A stretch of DNA of 64,000 nt from contig NC_043005.1 in NCBI RefSeq assembly GCF_006345805.1, positions 49,538,001 to 49,602,000 of the forward strand. Reading direction: 5' to 3'. The translations under genes were made by a program, and so were the position numbers. A model generated the notes under the pieces. The model was given only the letters and a program-made list of their open reading frames with translations, did not search any database and was not told the DNA's origin. Shown here in pieces: positions 25,318 to 38,869 of this stretch. How positions within the stretch are numbered: the stretch's first letter is position 1; each line of letters begins with the position of its first letter. The stretch is from Octopus sinensis (taxonomy: Eukaryota).

Positions 25318-25525
25318 AGCCTTGTGCCGGTGGCACATAAAAGCACCCACAACACACTCAGAGTGGTTGGCGTTAGGAAGGGCATCCAGCTGTAGAAACT
25401 CTGCCAGATCAGATTGGAGCCTGGTGCAGCCATCTGGTTTGCCAGACCTCAGTCAAATCGTCCAACCCATGCTAGCATGAAAAGCGGATGTTAAACAATG
25501 ACGATGATGATGATGATGATGATGA
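25318..25525 (+). mobile_element. SINE-like repeat family B (my label) with (GAT)n tail
   Basis: ggcacataaaagcaccc...gagtggttggcgttaggaagggcatccagctgtagaaac...ccatgctagcatggaaa..ggacgttaaacgatgatgat. Copies at about 29245-29430, 38917-39250, 50915-51113, 53100-53365, 56843-57005, 58850-59124. Confidence 0.8.
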
Positions 25526-26639
25526 TATGTGTATGTGTGTGTGTGTCTGTATGTATATATTATAGTCTAATTATGTGTAGAGCACTCCGTTGGTTTTCAG
25601 TTAATGATATACATTAATACCGTCAAATGCCTGCACCATTTGCACTTTAATATGAAAGCTTTTAACAGAATAACTCCAACTTAACCCAAATTGCAGTTTC
25701 CTTCTCTACTGCCACAAAGTGAATGCCTTTGCATGTTGTGTTCATTTATCACTGTACTGAACCAAGTTATGATAGACTAATCATGCTGAAATTATTTCAT
25801 GACTTTTACCTGAAAAGCCTGTTTGGTGAGGACTTGATATTGCTCTACACCTTTATGAAGGCAAACATTGCCATTTTGCTAAGTCATGCATAGTATGTTC
25901 TAAATTGCTAATGCATACAACTTAGTCTGTTATTCCTGATTAATAAATACCTGTGGTTTTTCCTGAATGGAAGTACACAGCTCCAAATAAATAGAGAGCC
26001 ACTTTTATAAGCCAATATTTAAATGAATCTCCATTAGATTTAATGGTCAGTATTCAGTTGTTTAATCAACTAAACCTCTTACTCATTGAATTAGCATGTA
26101 AATGACTGAGTATTCCACAGTCATGTGTCCCCTCAATAATCCTCAAACACAATTAAGGTGATACAGCATATGTCAAGGCCAATCAGATGGATTGTACCTA
26201 CTGATACAATCCATCTGATTGGTTTCTGTGCAATTTTTATCTACTTGGTTTCACTCTGAGAACCTAGGATGAGCTTCTTTCAGATTCCATCTACCAAATC
26301 CAATAAAAAGGCTTTGGTTGGTGTGATGCTATAATAGAAGACTCTTGCCCAAGATGCCAGGCTGTGGCTAATAATAAAATTCATAACAACTTTATAAACT
26401 CTCCTTTTTTGGTCCAATTTTAACTTAAATAATTTAGAATATTTTCAGAGTGTTTATCCATAAATCGGATCAACTTACAGAATTAAGCTGTTAAAAATTT
26501 ATTCTTATTCAAACATATGACAACTGTAATCTTTGCCTGTGGTTGTTACATGTATGTATTGTTTTATCTGAATGAATGTGATTATAGTTGCATTTCTGTA
26601 TGTGTGTGGTCTACATAAAAATGTATGCATAAACATGTG

Positions 26640-26670
<31 letters not shown>

Positions 26671-27226
26671 GCACGCGCACACGCACACATATTACACACA
26701 TATGCGTGTTTGCGTGTCTGCATGCACACTTGCTCACACATAGTGTCATTGTGGTTTTCCAGTATATGGCAGACGTGTGGTTTAATTCCCAGAGGTGATT
26801 GTATCTACATCTGTCTTATAGCATCATTTAAATTTGAGTAGTTTCTTAAAATGACATCTTATCAAATTTCTCAGTGCTTCAAATGACAATGGATACAGTG
26901 TGGACTATGGATACTGCAGTATACTGTATGCTAAAGTAGCATCCGGTAATCCCAGTATCAATTTCCAATGATTGGCTTGAATATATTTAATAAAGAACAG
27001 AATAGTATAATATTACAAATAACACTTGGCTTTAACCATTTCTAGTAGAATTTGATAAGGATGAACTTTATATTGCTGAATTTTTTTTTATATCAACTTG
27101 AAAGAATCAATGTGATAATTCCTTGAAACCTTACATTCAAAATACTTCTTAAAGTTGGTCGATATAATACGGTAATTTTGGCATGAAATCCTAAACAGTC
27201 TTGTATCATGCTTTTTTTGCTTTCAG

Positions 27227-27268
27227 GAATCTAATATTGATCCTAAATTTTCTGAAATTGAAACAGGG
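27227..27268 (+). CDS. 42-bp micro-exon ESNIDPKFSEIETG
   Basis: Acceptor ctttttttgctttcag|GAA at 27226/27227 and donor GGG|GTAAGT at 27268/27269. Phase 0-0, no stop, compatible with the exon A donor. Confidence 0.65.
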
Positions 27269-28511
27269 GTAAGTAACTTGAGTGTAGTAGTGAAGTATAT
27301 GTAGCATTAGTCAATATAGTCTTTGAACACAAGCTTTAATCTGTTACATGTTCAAATTCTATTGCTGCCTTTCACACAAGCTTTCTCCCTCTGTTTTGAA
27401 CACTTCAGCACATTTAGTACACCTCAATTAGTCATATGATATAATTTTTAAAATCCTTTTGTTATCAAATTTCTGCTAAAATATATTGCCTTTGTTCCAA
27501 TTAATTATGAAAATAACAAAGAATTGAATAAAATAATCTTGTCATTTTTATAAAGTGTTTGAAGCATAAATCTAAATGGAATTTAAATGAAAAGTTTTAA
27601 TTTGGATCACTTAAAAACAGTAAATCCATATGATGGAACCAAAGGCAATCTCAGATGGATTTGTATCAAAAGGGTTAGTTTGAGTAAAATAGGATTGTCT
27701 ATGATTCACAACCTATTCAATGTAACAGCTTAATATTCTTCTACACTCTTGCTACAGAAGTTACATGTTTTAAGACCTAAATACAAGCCTCCATGATTAT
27801 AAAAATAAGGGAGTGGCTGCAGTTACAACTAACAGTGAAAGTTTCACTAACTATCTCTATACCAGACGTCTGGGATAGAGAACTGATTACCACTACTCTG
27901 GACAACAACATTCATTCCTTATCAAACTTATAGAGAAAAAGGATTGGATGGATACAATGTCACTGATAGCATTAAATCTGAGGAGGATATATCCAACAGT
28001 GCACATAGTCTATAATGCTCTCTATAATGTACAATACTTTAAACCTGTCTTTAAATTGCTAAACACTCCTTTGGCTTCTTCAGATGAATAAGACCACCAA
28101 CTCTGCCAGGTGAACTGCAATATTGTGGGGGATTACTGCATTTACCTATCTCATAAAAATACCACTCACTTTCAGTTATTACAACAATCTGAGTTGTCAA
28201 AAGAATTGAATCTATGTCATGTTGTAACTAATTCTCTTTATATATAATGATATTTGTCAAATAGTTGGCACTTGACTTTTATATAATGTTAATAGGTGCA
28301 CATTACATAATCTATCACTAAAGGTATCTCATAACAAGTTCTAAATAAAGCAAGCCCCTGATATAGAGTATTAGTAATGGTTTGAGATAAGAAATTTAAA
28401 AATTACCTTTTTTCATTTTTGGTGTAAAACAAAATATCAAAATGGCAAAATGGCTTTTAGTCCTTATATGACGGTGTGTGTGTGTGTGTGTGAGATTAAT
28501 GAGAGAGATGG

Positions 28512-28652
28512 AAGATACAGGAATGTTTATCAATTACTACAATTGTTTCGACCCATCTAGCATCAATTCCTCACAGGTAGGATATTTAACAACTGGTTTA
28601 GGAGTATCCCTCGCTGTAGATGTGCCTCTTCAGGCGATAGCATGATGTATCT
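28512..28652 (-). ncRNA. Type I hammerhead ribozyme inside a ~240-bp dispersed repeat
   Basis: Minus strand: AGATACA...TATCGC-CTGAAGA(28633-28627)-GGCACATCTA...TAGATGGGTC-GAAAC(28549-28545)-AATT-GTA-GTAATTGATA...TGTATCT. Core intact, palindromic AATT loop. Confidence 0.72.
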
Positions 28653-29856
28653 CATTAAGACTGTTCCACAAGATATCTTCCCAGTTTGTGTATAGAAAAG
28701 CAGCAAATTAAGGGATACAGCTTCATTTTTATAGAAAATCAATAATAAATAGCAGGTGGGTACTGTATAAGCACTCAGCTATAGTCCAGGTTCAGACTAA
28801 CCAGACTGAGTGGTAAGAAATACCTAGGAATACTTAGGGTGAGTAATCCTACTGTTATTCTTCCAATGGGTAAATCCTGGGTTTACTTTACTGGATTATG
28901 AATATTTTAGGGAGTGTAAATCCAAAATAATTATAAAGAATACAGACTAGTACATCTTTATATTTTTCTTTTCCTTTTTATGTGTGTGCAAGTGTGTGTA
29001 TACATACATACATACATACACACATACATACATACATACACACATGCATACACACACGCACACACACACACATATATATATAAGTGAGCATTAGATGATG
29101 ATTTTATATGATTTTATATATATGATACATACACACATACATACACACACACACACGCATACACACACACATATATATATATAAGTGAGCATTAGATGAT
29201 GATTTTATATATATGATACTGGTATCACACAAATGGCACCCAAACTAGTGGCACATAAAAGCACCCATTACACTCTCAGAGTAGTTGGTGTTAGGAAGGG
29301 CATCCAGCTGTAGAAAACCATGCCAAACCAGACTGGAGTTTGGTGCAGCCTTCAAGCTTACCAGCCCTGGTCAAACTGTCCAACCCATGCCAGTATGAAC
29401 AACGGATGTTAAATGATGATGATGATGATAGGGGTTGCAAGTGCAACCCTCCATGGGATAACAAATATCCAATATACTGCTAGTGAAGTACCCAACAAAG
29501 TTAATACATAAATGTTAAGAATTGCGATGCAATTAATTCATTTACTGTATTATATGGGCAAAGGTAAAATGTTTTACCACAAATTAATAATACAAGATAA
29601 GAAAATGGAGAAACACATCTTAATCAATGATCAACTACCAGATAATACCCAATCACATAATTTATTAAACCACTACATATGAACATTACGGTCAAACATA
29701 ATAAAATAGAACAAAACAATGTACATGAAAGAGTAATATGATACAATAAGTACAGTATGTATAAGTGAATATAAATAAATACAAATATAAATATAAACTA
29801 CATCTTACAGTCAAATCTCTGACTCTAAAAACCACCTTAAATGTTCATATCGCAAT

Positions 29857-29889
<33 letters not shown>

Positions 29890-29960
29890 TCATCATCATT
29901 ATCATCATTTAGTGTCCGCTTTCCATGCTAGCATGGGTTGGACGGTTCAACTGGGGTCTG

Positions 29961-30023
<63 letters not shown>

Positions 30024-31423
30024 GTATGTATGAGTAAATGTAGGGATAAGCAAGTTAGGCAAGTCGATATAGTGAGTTCGATTCCTACACCAGTCCTTGT
30101 GTTGTGCTCTTGAGCCAGACACTTTATTTCACATTACTCTAGTTCACTCATCTGTAGAAACAAGTTGCGACATCACTAGTGCCAAACTGTATCGGTCTTT
30201 GCCTTTCTCTTGCATTGCATCATTAGTATGGAGAGGAGAGGCTGGTAAGCATGGGCAACTGCTGGTTTTTCATAAAACAACCTTTCCTGGACTTGTGCCT
30301 CAGAGGGGAACTTTCTAGGTACAATCCCATGGTTATTCATGGCCGAAGGGGGTCTTTACCCTTTTATATATATATATATGTGTGTGTGTGTGTGATGACT
30401 TTTAGCTGAGCATCTGATGATAAGATGCATATGGAGTAGCTGTGTGGTAAGTAGCTTGTTTACCAACCACATGGTTCTGGGTTCAGTCCCACTGCGTGGC
30501 ACCTTGGGCAAGTGTCTTCTACTATAGCCTCGGGCCAACCAAAGCCTTGTGAGTGGATTTGGTAGACAGAAACTGAAAGAAGCCCGTCGTATATATATTT
30601 ATGCGTGTGTGTGTTTCTGTGTCTGTGTTTGTCCCCCTAGCATTGTTTGACAACCGATGCTGGTGTGTTTACGTTCCCGTTACTTAGCGGTTCGGCAAAA
30701 GAGACCGATAGAATAAGTAATGGGCTTACAAAATAATAAGTCCTGGGGTCGAGTTGCTCGATTAAAGGCGGTGCTCCAGCATGGCCGCAGTCAAATGACT
30801 GAAACAAGTAAAAGAGTAAAAAGAGTAAAGAGTATGTTTGTTTTGATAAGATTTTTGTTATTGTGATGTTTATGTTCTTGTTTATATGTTCTAGTTTGTT
30901 TGTTTATTCTTGTGTGTAGGCAATGTACTTCACCAGATCAATGTTATCTCCCTTTGTTGTTCTTCTTGTTTGGTATGGGACTGAGTTTAGTGATAATAGT
31001 TTCCATTGTCTCCTAATGTTATTGTTGAGTTTATTTTTAGTTTTATATTTTATTGAATCTAATCAAGGTTTTGCTTTCCTATTTGCATTGGTTCATTAGA
31101 ACTTGAGAAGCACACACAATTTACCGGGTTAGGTGTTAACTAGTAATTACATTACAGTAAGTTTGTGACACACACACACACTCATACTTACTCGCATGTT
31201 TGTAAATACAAGCTTCGATACATAGGACATGGTGATGCAGAGTGGAATTGATATACAAATTCTAGTTGACTGCAAGTTTTTTAATTCAACCAAGTAGTTG
31301 TGTGTATGTGTGTCTGGGAGAGAGGGAGTGAGACTATATATATGTGTGTGTGTGCATTTGTGTGTGACCCTCTCTCTCTCTCTTGTTACATATATATATA
31401 TATATATATTATATATAATATAT

Positions 31424-31468
<45 letters not shown>

Positions 31469-31531
31469 TTCTATCTATCTATCAGTCTACCTACCTATCT
31501 ACCTATCTATCTATCTATCTATCTCTTTCTT

Positions 31532-31571
<40 letters not shown>

Positions 31572-31572
31572 G

Positions 31573-31604
<32 letters not shown>

Positions 31605-32419
31605 TGTATGTGTGTGCAGAGATAGATAGATGTGTATGTATAAGCACACGCTCACACACACACACACACATACATGCATGCATAATAAAATGTTTTTGAT
31701 TTGGATTAATTTTGTAATTGTTTTTTTTTTTTCTTTTTTGTTTTCTTCTTTGGTGGCCTCTCAGTTAAAGAGCTGGAAACTCAGTAAACCAAACTAAATA
31801 GCAAAATACAGTACTGAAGCTACTGATGTTATTACTATAATCTTAGCTAAGTTAAGTGGGAGAGTTGTCAAAACCATGTGACAAATTGATAATTGAGTCA
31901 CCTACAGAAAGTTGAGAAAGTAGTAATTCACGTAGAAGATAGACAGATAGTGAAAGAAAGCAAGGTAGAGAGAGGGTGGGAGTAGAGTGAAAGACAGCAA
32001 AAGGAGAGGGGGAGAGAGAGTGACACAGAAAGGGGGAAAAGTGTATGTTATCAATAAGGGATCGTGCTTAACTTGCTCTGTTATGACAGTAATGTTATAG
32101 TATACTTTTGTCATTAATGATTCAAGTCACAAGTAACTTATCGACCGAGACAGGTTTCATACACCTACTACAACATTCTTCCACAGGCTGATAAGTTTCT
32201 TTATGTTTAAGGCAGTTCAACTAACCTAGTATGTTTAATTATACTTCAGTTTATTTCTTTGACAAATAAACAACACTTCTTTAAGTTTGATTTCAGAAAT
32301 TGTAAATCCATTGGGATAAAAAGCTAAGCTAAATATCAGCATACATGTAAAGACAAATACACGTACTTTCTGTAATAACGACAACAATAACATTGATAAA
32401 CATAATAAGAACAATAAGA

Positions 32420-34954
32420 ATGGACTTTAGCTATGATCAAACACCAATTTTATCTGAAGAAGATATTAAAACAAAATTGCCAAAAGAGGAAACTGAATCA
32501 GAATCATGTCAAATAGAAACCAAAACAGTTTCTGAAACTTTACCTACACAAACTGTTTCAAGTGAAGAAACAGGATTAAGTTTTGAACAGCTTGGATTTA
32601 AAAATGGATCACAAACAAATGTGGAATGTAATAGTCCTCAGGAAAGATTCTTGCCAGAGTTGAAACATGGAGATGAACCAATGTTTCAGACCCTTTTGAA
32701 GCACATTGATCCAGAGGAAGAATCAGAGCTGAATTTCAAACAGGAAGATAAACCAGTATATCAAACATTTTCTGAAGAAACTACTCTAAACAAAGAACTA
32801 GGGTTGAATTTCGAACAACAGGAATATAAACCAGTGTATCAGACATTTCATGAAGAAGCCATTCCAAAGGAAGGATTGGAGCTGGATTTCAAACAAGAAT
32901 TTAACACAGTATATGAAACATTTCAAGAAATTATTCCAAAAGAAGGTCTGACACTGGATTTCAAACAACAGGAAGATAGACCAGTATCACAGACATCTGA
33001 TGGAGAAACCAGTCCAAAGGAAGAACTAGGGCTGGATTTCAAACCACAGGAAGATAAACCATTGTGGCCAACATTTGCTGAAGAGAGCATTCCAAAGGAA
33101 GATCTAAAGTTGGGTTTCAAACAAGAAGATGAAATAGTATATCAGACATTTCCTGAAGAGAGTATTGCAAAGAAAGAACTAGGACTAGATTTCAATCAGG
33201 AAGAAAATAAACCAAAATCATTTAGTGAAGAAACTATCCCACTAGTATCTCAGGCATCTGCTGAAGAAAGTATTCTGAAGGAAGAGCTGGGACTGGATTT
33301 CAATCAAGAAGAAAATAAACAAGAATCTCAATCATTTGGCGAAGAAACTATCCCACAGGAAGATTTAGGACTGGATTTTGTTCAAGAAGAAAATAAACTG
33401 AAATCTCAATCATTTGGTGAAGAAACTATCCTACAGGAAGATTTAGGACTGGATTTTGTTCAAGAAGAAAATAAACTGAAATCTCAATCATTTGGTGAAG
33501 AAACTATCCCACAGGAATATGTAAAGTTGAATTTCAAACAAGAAGAGGATAAACTAGTATCTCAGACATCTGCCGAAGAAAGTATGTCAAAGGAAGAGCC
33601 AGGATTGGATTTCAATCAAGAAGAAAATAAAAAAGAATCTCAGACATTTGGTGAAGAAAGTATTCCAAAGGAAGATCTAGGACTGGATTTTGTTCAAGAA
33701 GAAAATAAACTGAAATCTCAGTCATTTGGTGAAGAAAGTATTCCAAAGGAAGATTTAGGACTGGATTTTGTTCAAGAAGAAAATAAACTGAAATCTCAAT
33801 CATTTGGTGAAGAAACTATCCCACAGGAATATGTAAAGTTGAATTTCAAACAAGAGGATAAACTAGTATCTCAGACATCTGCTGAAGAAAGTATGTCAAA
33901 GGAAGAGCCAGGACTGGATTTCAATCAAGAAGTAAATAAACAAAAATCCCAGACATTTGGCGAAGAAATTATTCCAAAGGAAGATCTAGGACTAGATTTC
34001 GTTCAAGAAGAAAATAAACAAGAATCTCAGACATTTGGTGAAGAAACTATTCCACAAGAATATGTAAAGTTGAATTTAAAACAAGAAGAGAATAAACTAG
34101 TATCTCAGACATCTGCTGAAGAAAGTATGTCAAAGGAAGAGCCAGGATTGGATTTCAATCAAGAAGAAAATAAACAAGAATCTCAGACATTTCTTGAAGA
34201 AAGTATTCCAAAGGAAGATCTAGGACTGGATTTCAAACAACAAGTATCTCAGACATTTGCCAACGAAAGAATTCCAAAAGAAGAACTTGGACTGGATATG
34301 AAAAACCAGGAAGATAAATCAGTATCCCAGACATATTCTGAACAAACCATACCACCAGAAGAACGATTGCATGAAGATAAATCAGTGACCCAAGCTTTTT
34401 TTCAACATAATCTGCCAAATAAAGAACCAACTCTGGATATAGAGAAAAAAGAGAAGCCATTCTATGGGGCAGTCACTGTTGAGGCTTCTTATGAAGGAGA
34501 AATTAAGAAAAAGAAAGAAGTAGAAGCTTTAGCTGATAGTGAAGTACCATCTAGTAAAATGTCCCCCCATAATGAATGGGGGTACTCAAAGTTACAATCA
34601 CCACAAGAAACCTCACCTCAAGGTGCTGAAGAATTTCAAAGCCAAATCAGACCTTCCTTATTAGAGCAAGTGAGTCCTAGAGAATTTTTTAATGACAACA
34701 ATGCTATTTGTGATGAAGGTGTAATGGATGAAGTACAAGCCATGCAACAGAAATCTGATGCTGAAATAGAATCATTAGAAAAGGAAATTGAAAATTTAAC
34801 TAGTCTACCAATTAGAATTTTGCACAAACCAAAAGATACTAATCGATATACTCCTGTTGATGAATCTTATTCATCGAGTTCTGAAGAAGAGGAATCTTCA
34901 ACACAACAAAATTACTCAAAAGAAATCTCTTCAGATCAAATGGAAAATTCAAAG
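32420..34954 (+). CDS. Large coding exon B (845 codons) with ~21 x 26-aa acidic tandem repeats
   Basis: 2.5-kb stop-free frame in AT-rich DNA starting MDFSYDQTP. In-frame TAA at 32348-32350 upstream. Ends AAG|GTAAGA at 34954/34955, phase 0. Possible UTR acceptor tttgatttcag| at 32296. Confidence 0.85.
32680..34350 (+). repeat. Coding 78-bp (26-aa) minisatellite inside exon B
   Basis: Repeated SQ(T/S)F.EE.IP(K/Q)E(D/E)LGLDF.QEE.K units. Confidence 0.9.
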
Positions 34955-36008
34955 GTAAGAATTTGTATAGCATAACAAATATGAACTGTCATGCCTATAA
35001 GGAGATGAGTGCGATAACTTCTTTATATAATAATTTTAGATAAAAATCATGATAGCAGTTTGTATAAATATAAATTGTAATATACTTTAGTTATAATTTT
35101 CAGTTTAGAATAACATTAAGAATCTTGAAAAAATTTTACTTGGGAAAAGCTTATAAAAATATAGGATAGCTCATTTGTTTAAAAACATCTTCCAACACAA
35201 CAAATTTTCTATCACATAAACATGATCCTATACAAAGTAAAAGTATGCTCCACTCTATCACACTATGTATTAGAAACATCTGTTTCATGTAAACATTTTA
35301 GACCACATAACTGCCCAAAATAACTCAGTCAAACTGATACAACCTCTAACATAGTACAACGGTACAATTACTTAAACACCAAAGTACTTTTATCAAGACT
35401 ACTGATTCTCTAACCTAACATGTTGCATACCACCTTCAAGCAACCTCATTCAATTTACTCAACTCTTCTCACATCAACCTTATGATTTCTCATTTCTGAA
35501 ACTCTGTATCACATTCTTAATTTTCAAAACTATTACCTTTGTAACTTCTTCACTATCTGTTTTACATACAGTAAACATCCTGCAGAAACTCAACTTGAAC
35601 ATAAGTTGCATTGACCTAACTCTATCAGGGGTGGGGTTTGAAAAGATCAAGTGTACTACTACTAGTCGAGTACAAAAACAATTTTGTTGCACAGCAACTA
35701 ATATTTGTGCTGCACTGATTCCTCTTAGCTTCTCATAATCGGGAACAAGTTTTTGATGAAATTTTCCTAAGTCCTTATTATTAAGGACTTATTATTAAAA
35801 ATTTGCATTTCATGAATCTTCTATAGTAGGATGGCTATATTATTATCAATTCTGCTAGAATTTAAAAGCTATATTAATATTATTAATTCTGTCAAGGTTA
35901 ATTTTATCTTTGATGTCTTCAGTGTCTATAAAATAAGAACCAGTCGAGCACTGGGGTCAGTGTAATTGACTAGTCCCCTCCCACCAAATTTCAGGCCTTG
36001 TGCCTCCT

Positions 36009-36063
<55 letters not shown>

Positions 36064-36199
36064 CTGAGTTCAAATTCCCCTGAGGTTGATTTTGTCTTTC
36101 ATCCTTTTGAGGTCGATAAAATAAGTATCAGCTGAGCAGTGGGGTCAATGTAAACAAATTAACCCTCCCCAAAATTGCTGGACTTGCACCAAAATCTGA

Positions 36200-37090
36200 A
36201 ACCAGCCCTCTCCCAGTCGGGCAATGGGATTGATGGATGTTCTGCTTTAGAAATTTATAGAGGATTATTGGCGGGTATGTGCAACGACATTTTTGGGGAG
36301 ATCTGGGCGCTGATGAGAATGTCCTGGCTTGTCTGTTCCAGAGGACTTCTGGTCAGGAACTATCATGGATGATTTCCAGATGTCCTTGGCCTGGCAGTGC
36401 TACTGGGGAGGGAGTGGCGCTACTGGTTCAAGATAAACTCTACAGGCATGGATGTGCTGTCAGACAGGCTTGTCCGACATGTGTGCAGAGTGATGAAATC
36501 ATTCTGCACACCCTAGTTCAGTGTCTGGGTATTGCTGACTTGTGGAATTATGTCAAACAGCTTCTGTCATATGTTGGATGGATCCATCTGTTGAGTGAGT
36601 CTGTAGTAATGATTGCTCCACTGCCCTCCTCCTTCAATCGGGCAGGCAAAGCAGTTTTGATTTGCCTGGTGACTGTGATGAAAGAGGTTGTTTGGTGGAC
36701 AAGGCTGAAAGGCATGAGGACAGATACATTCCTCTTTGGCAGAGCTCTCATCGACTTCTTCCAGTTTCACATGGAAAGGAAATTGAGAGTGGAGAGGGAA
36801 GTGCTGTCCTCGAGTGAGTTTATTGAAAGGTGGGTGAAAGTTGTGAAAATGGAAAGAGTGGATGGTAGGAATTGGAGAGGGCACTTGCTCCTGGGTTTTC
36901 AGGGAAATCGCAGACAGTGGGGTTCCTTGATTATCCCTAGAAGCCTTCCTGTATCAGGAGGGTCACATCTCTATCATCCTTTTTTTTTTATCATTTCATT
37001 ATATATAAACCTCCACGCTTTATGCCTGTCTTTATATTGTCCCCCTCATCCTTTGCCCTTGCAGCAAATAAATGAAATGAAATCAGAGAT
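36200..37090 (+). pseudogene. L1/Tx1-clade LINE ORF2 3' fragment
   Basis: CPTCVQSDEIILHTLVQC = C-x2-C-x8-H-x4-C zinc knuckle downstream of RT, followed by LWNYVKQLL and a 3'-UTR-like tail. Confidence 0.7.
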
Positions 37091-37536
37091 GTTTAGCCTC
37101 ATGACTGGCGTGAACCTATTAAGTTTTTGGGATCGATCTGGTACTGGACAAGGACTCTGGATTATTTTTCCAGTTTTTTTTACTTAATTTTTGAGAGCAG
37201 TTGGGTTCATTTTTAGCACTCCCATTTGTGAGAGCAGTCGAGTTTATTTCAGATATTCTCATTTAAAAACATCATCTCCAGCTAATTGTTGAGAGGACGT
37301 TGGTGTTGCCCTGGTGGAGGTTTGCTCTTAGAGGGCTCTTGTTATTATTGTTATTGTTATTCTTATTATTATAAGGCAGCAAGCCGGCAGAATCATTAGC
37401 ATGCTGGAAAGAATGTTTAGCAGCATTTTGTCCATTTTGTCATTCATCCTTTTGGGGTCGAAGAAATAAGTGTAGATAGATCAAATGCCACTAAACATTT
37501 TGTTTGGTGTGCTAGCAGTTCTACCAGCTCACTGCC

Positions 37537-37851
37537 TTAACAACAACAACAACAATAATAGTAGTAATAATAATAATAATAATAATAATAATAGTAATAA
37601 TAATAGTAGTAATAATAATAATAATAATAATAGTAATAATAATAATAGTAATAATAATAATAATAATAATAGTAATAATAATAATAGTAATAATAATAAT
37701 AGTAGTAATAATAATAATAGTAATAATAGTAATAATAATAATAGTAATAATAGTAATAATAATAATAGTAGTAATAATAATAATAATAGTAATAATAATA
37801 ATAATAGTAATAATAATAATAATAGTAATAATAATAATAATAGTAATAATA

Positions 37852-37895
<44 letters not shown>
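37537..37895. repeat. Compound (AAT)n/(AGT) trinucleotide microsatellite
   Basis: ~360 bp of aat interrupted by agt; produces the spurious poly-Asn ORF. Confidence 0.95.
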
Positions 37896-38103
37896 GCTTT
37901 CTATTAAAGGTACAAGGCCTGAAATTTGGGGAGAGGGGACTAGTTGATTACATCAGCCCTAGTGCACTGGTACTTAATTTATTCTCCTGAAAAGGATGAA
38001 AAGCAAAGTCAAACTCAGCGGAATTTGAACTCAGAACATAAAGATGGACAAAATGCTGCTAAGCATTTTGCCTGGTATGCTATTGATCTGGCAGCTAACC
38101 TCC

Positions 38104-38137
<34 letters not shown>

Positions 38138-38680
38138 TGATGATGATAATGCAATAACAAGCAGTGGTTCTGATGGCTTCTAATCTGAATTGATTAGAAG
38201 TGTTTTCATGTACATGTTTTGTCTTGGTGTAAAAGAGAGGCTACAGCAAGTATTCTGCCCAATACCACAGATTTGCTTGTCACTGGCTTGACCATAACCA
38301 GTTGAGCATGCCCTTAAGTGGCTGACGATATGTGCATCTCTGATCATGAGCAGGTGTAGTATGTTGAGAGGGATTATTTGGGGTTTGAATAATTCACCCC
38401 TGGAATTGTGTGTGTTTCATTCATCTTCCTTAAACAACCTTTATTCAGGGTTATTTTGAGTGGGATGGGCAACTTGACCTGACGAAAATTTTCACTAGGC
38501 GCCCCATTTGCAAAGTCATGCACTGTTTATCATGATAGGAGGTCACCATGTCACACACATATAGTTATGGTGAACGTGCCTGCTGTATCGTTATCAGATG
38601 GGTAGTCATGATGGGTATATTGGTCTTCATATATTTGTACCCTAGCATCACTTTGATGGTGTGTGCTGCTCTCTCATTCA

Positions 38681-38719
<39 letters not shown>

Positions 38720-38762
38720 TTTTAAAAAGGATTGACGTAACTCTTCACAAAGGTAAGCAGTC

Positions 38763-38869
38763 AAGATGAAGAGTGCAATTCGATTGTAAGATATTTTATT
38801 AGTTGAACGATATTTCAACAGACATTCAACTAATAAAATACCTTACAATAGAATTACGCTCTTCGTCTT
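38763..38869. repeat. ~107-bp hairpin
   Basis: aagatgaagagtgcaattcgattgtaagatattttattagttgaa / ttcaactaataaaataccttacaatagaattacgctcttcgtctt with a 17-nt loop. Confidence 0.85.

Noticed and set aside
33248-34180. Regularly spaced repeats reminiscent of a CRISPR array
   Set aside because: Contiguous in-frame coding repeats without unique spacers in a eukaryotic gene; no cas genes.
37485-37907. Poly-Asn/Ser ORF
   Set aside because: Translation of an (AAT)n/(AGT) microsatellite lying between SINE fragments; no splice signals.
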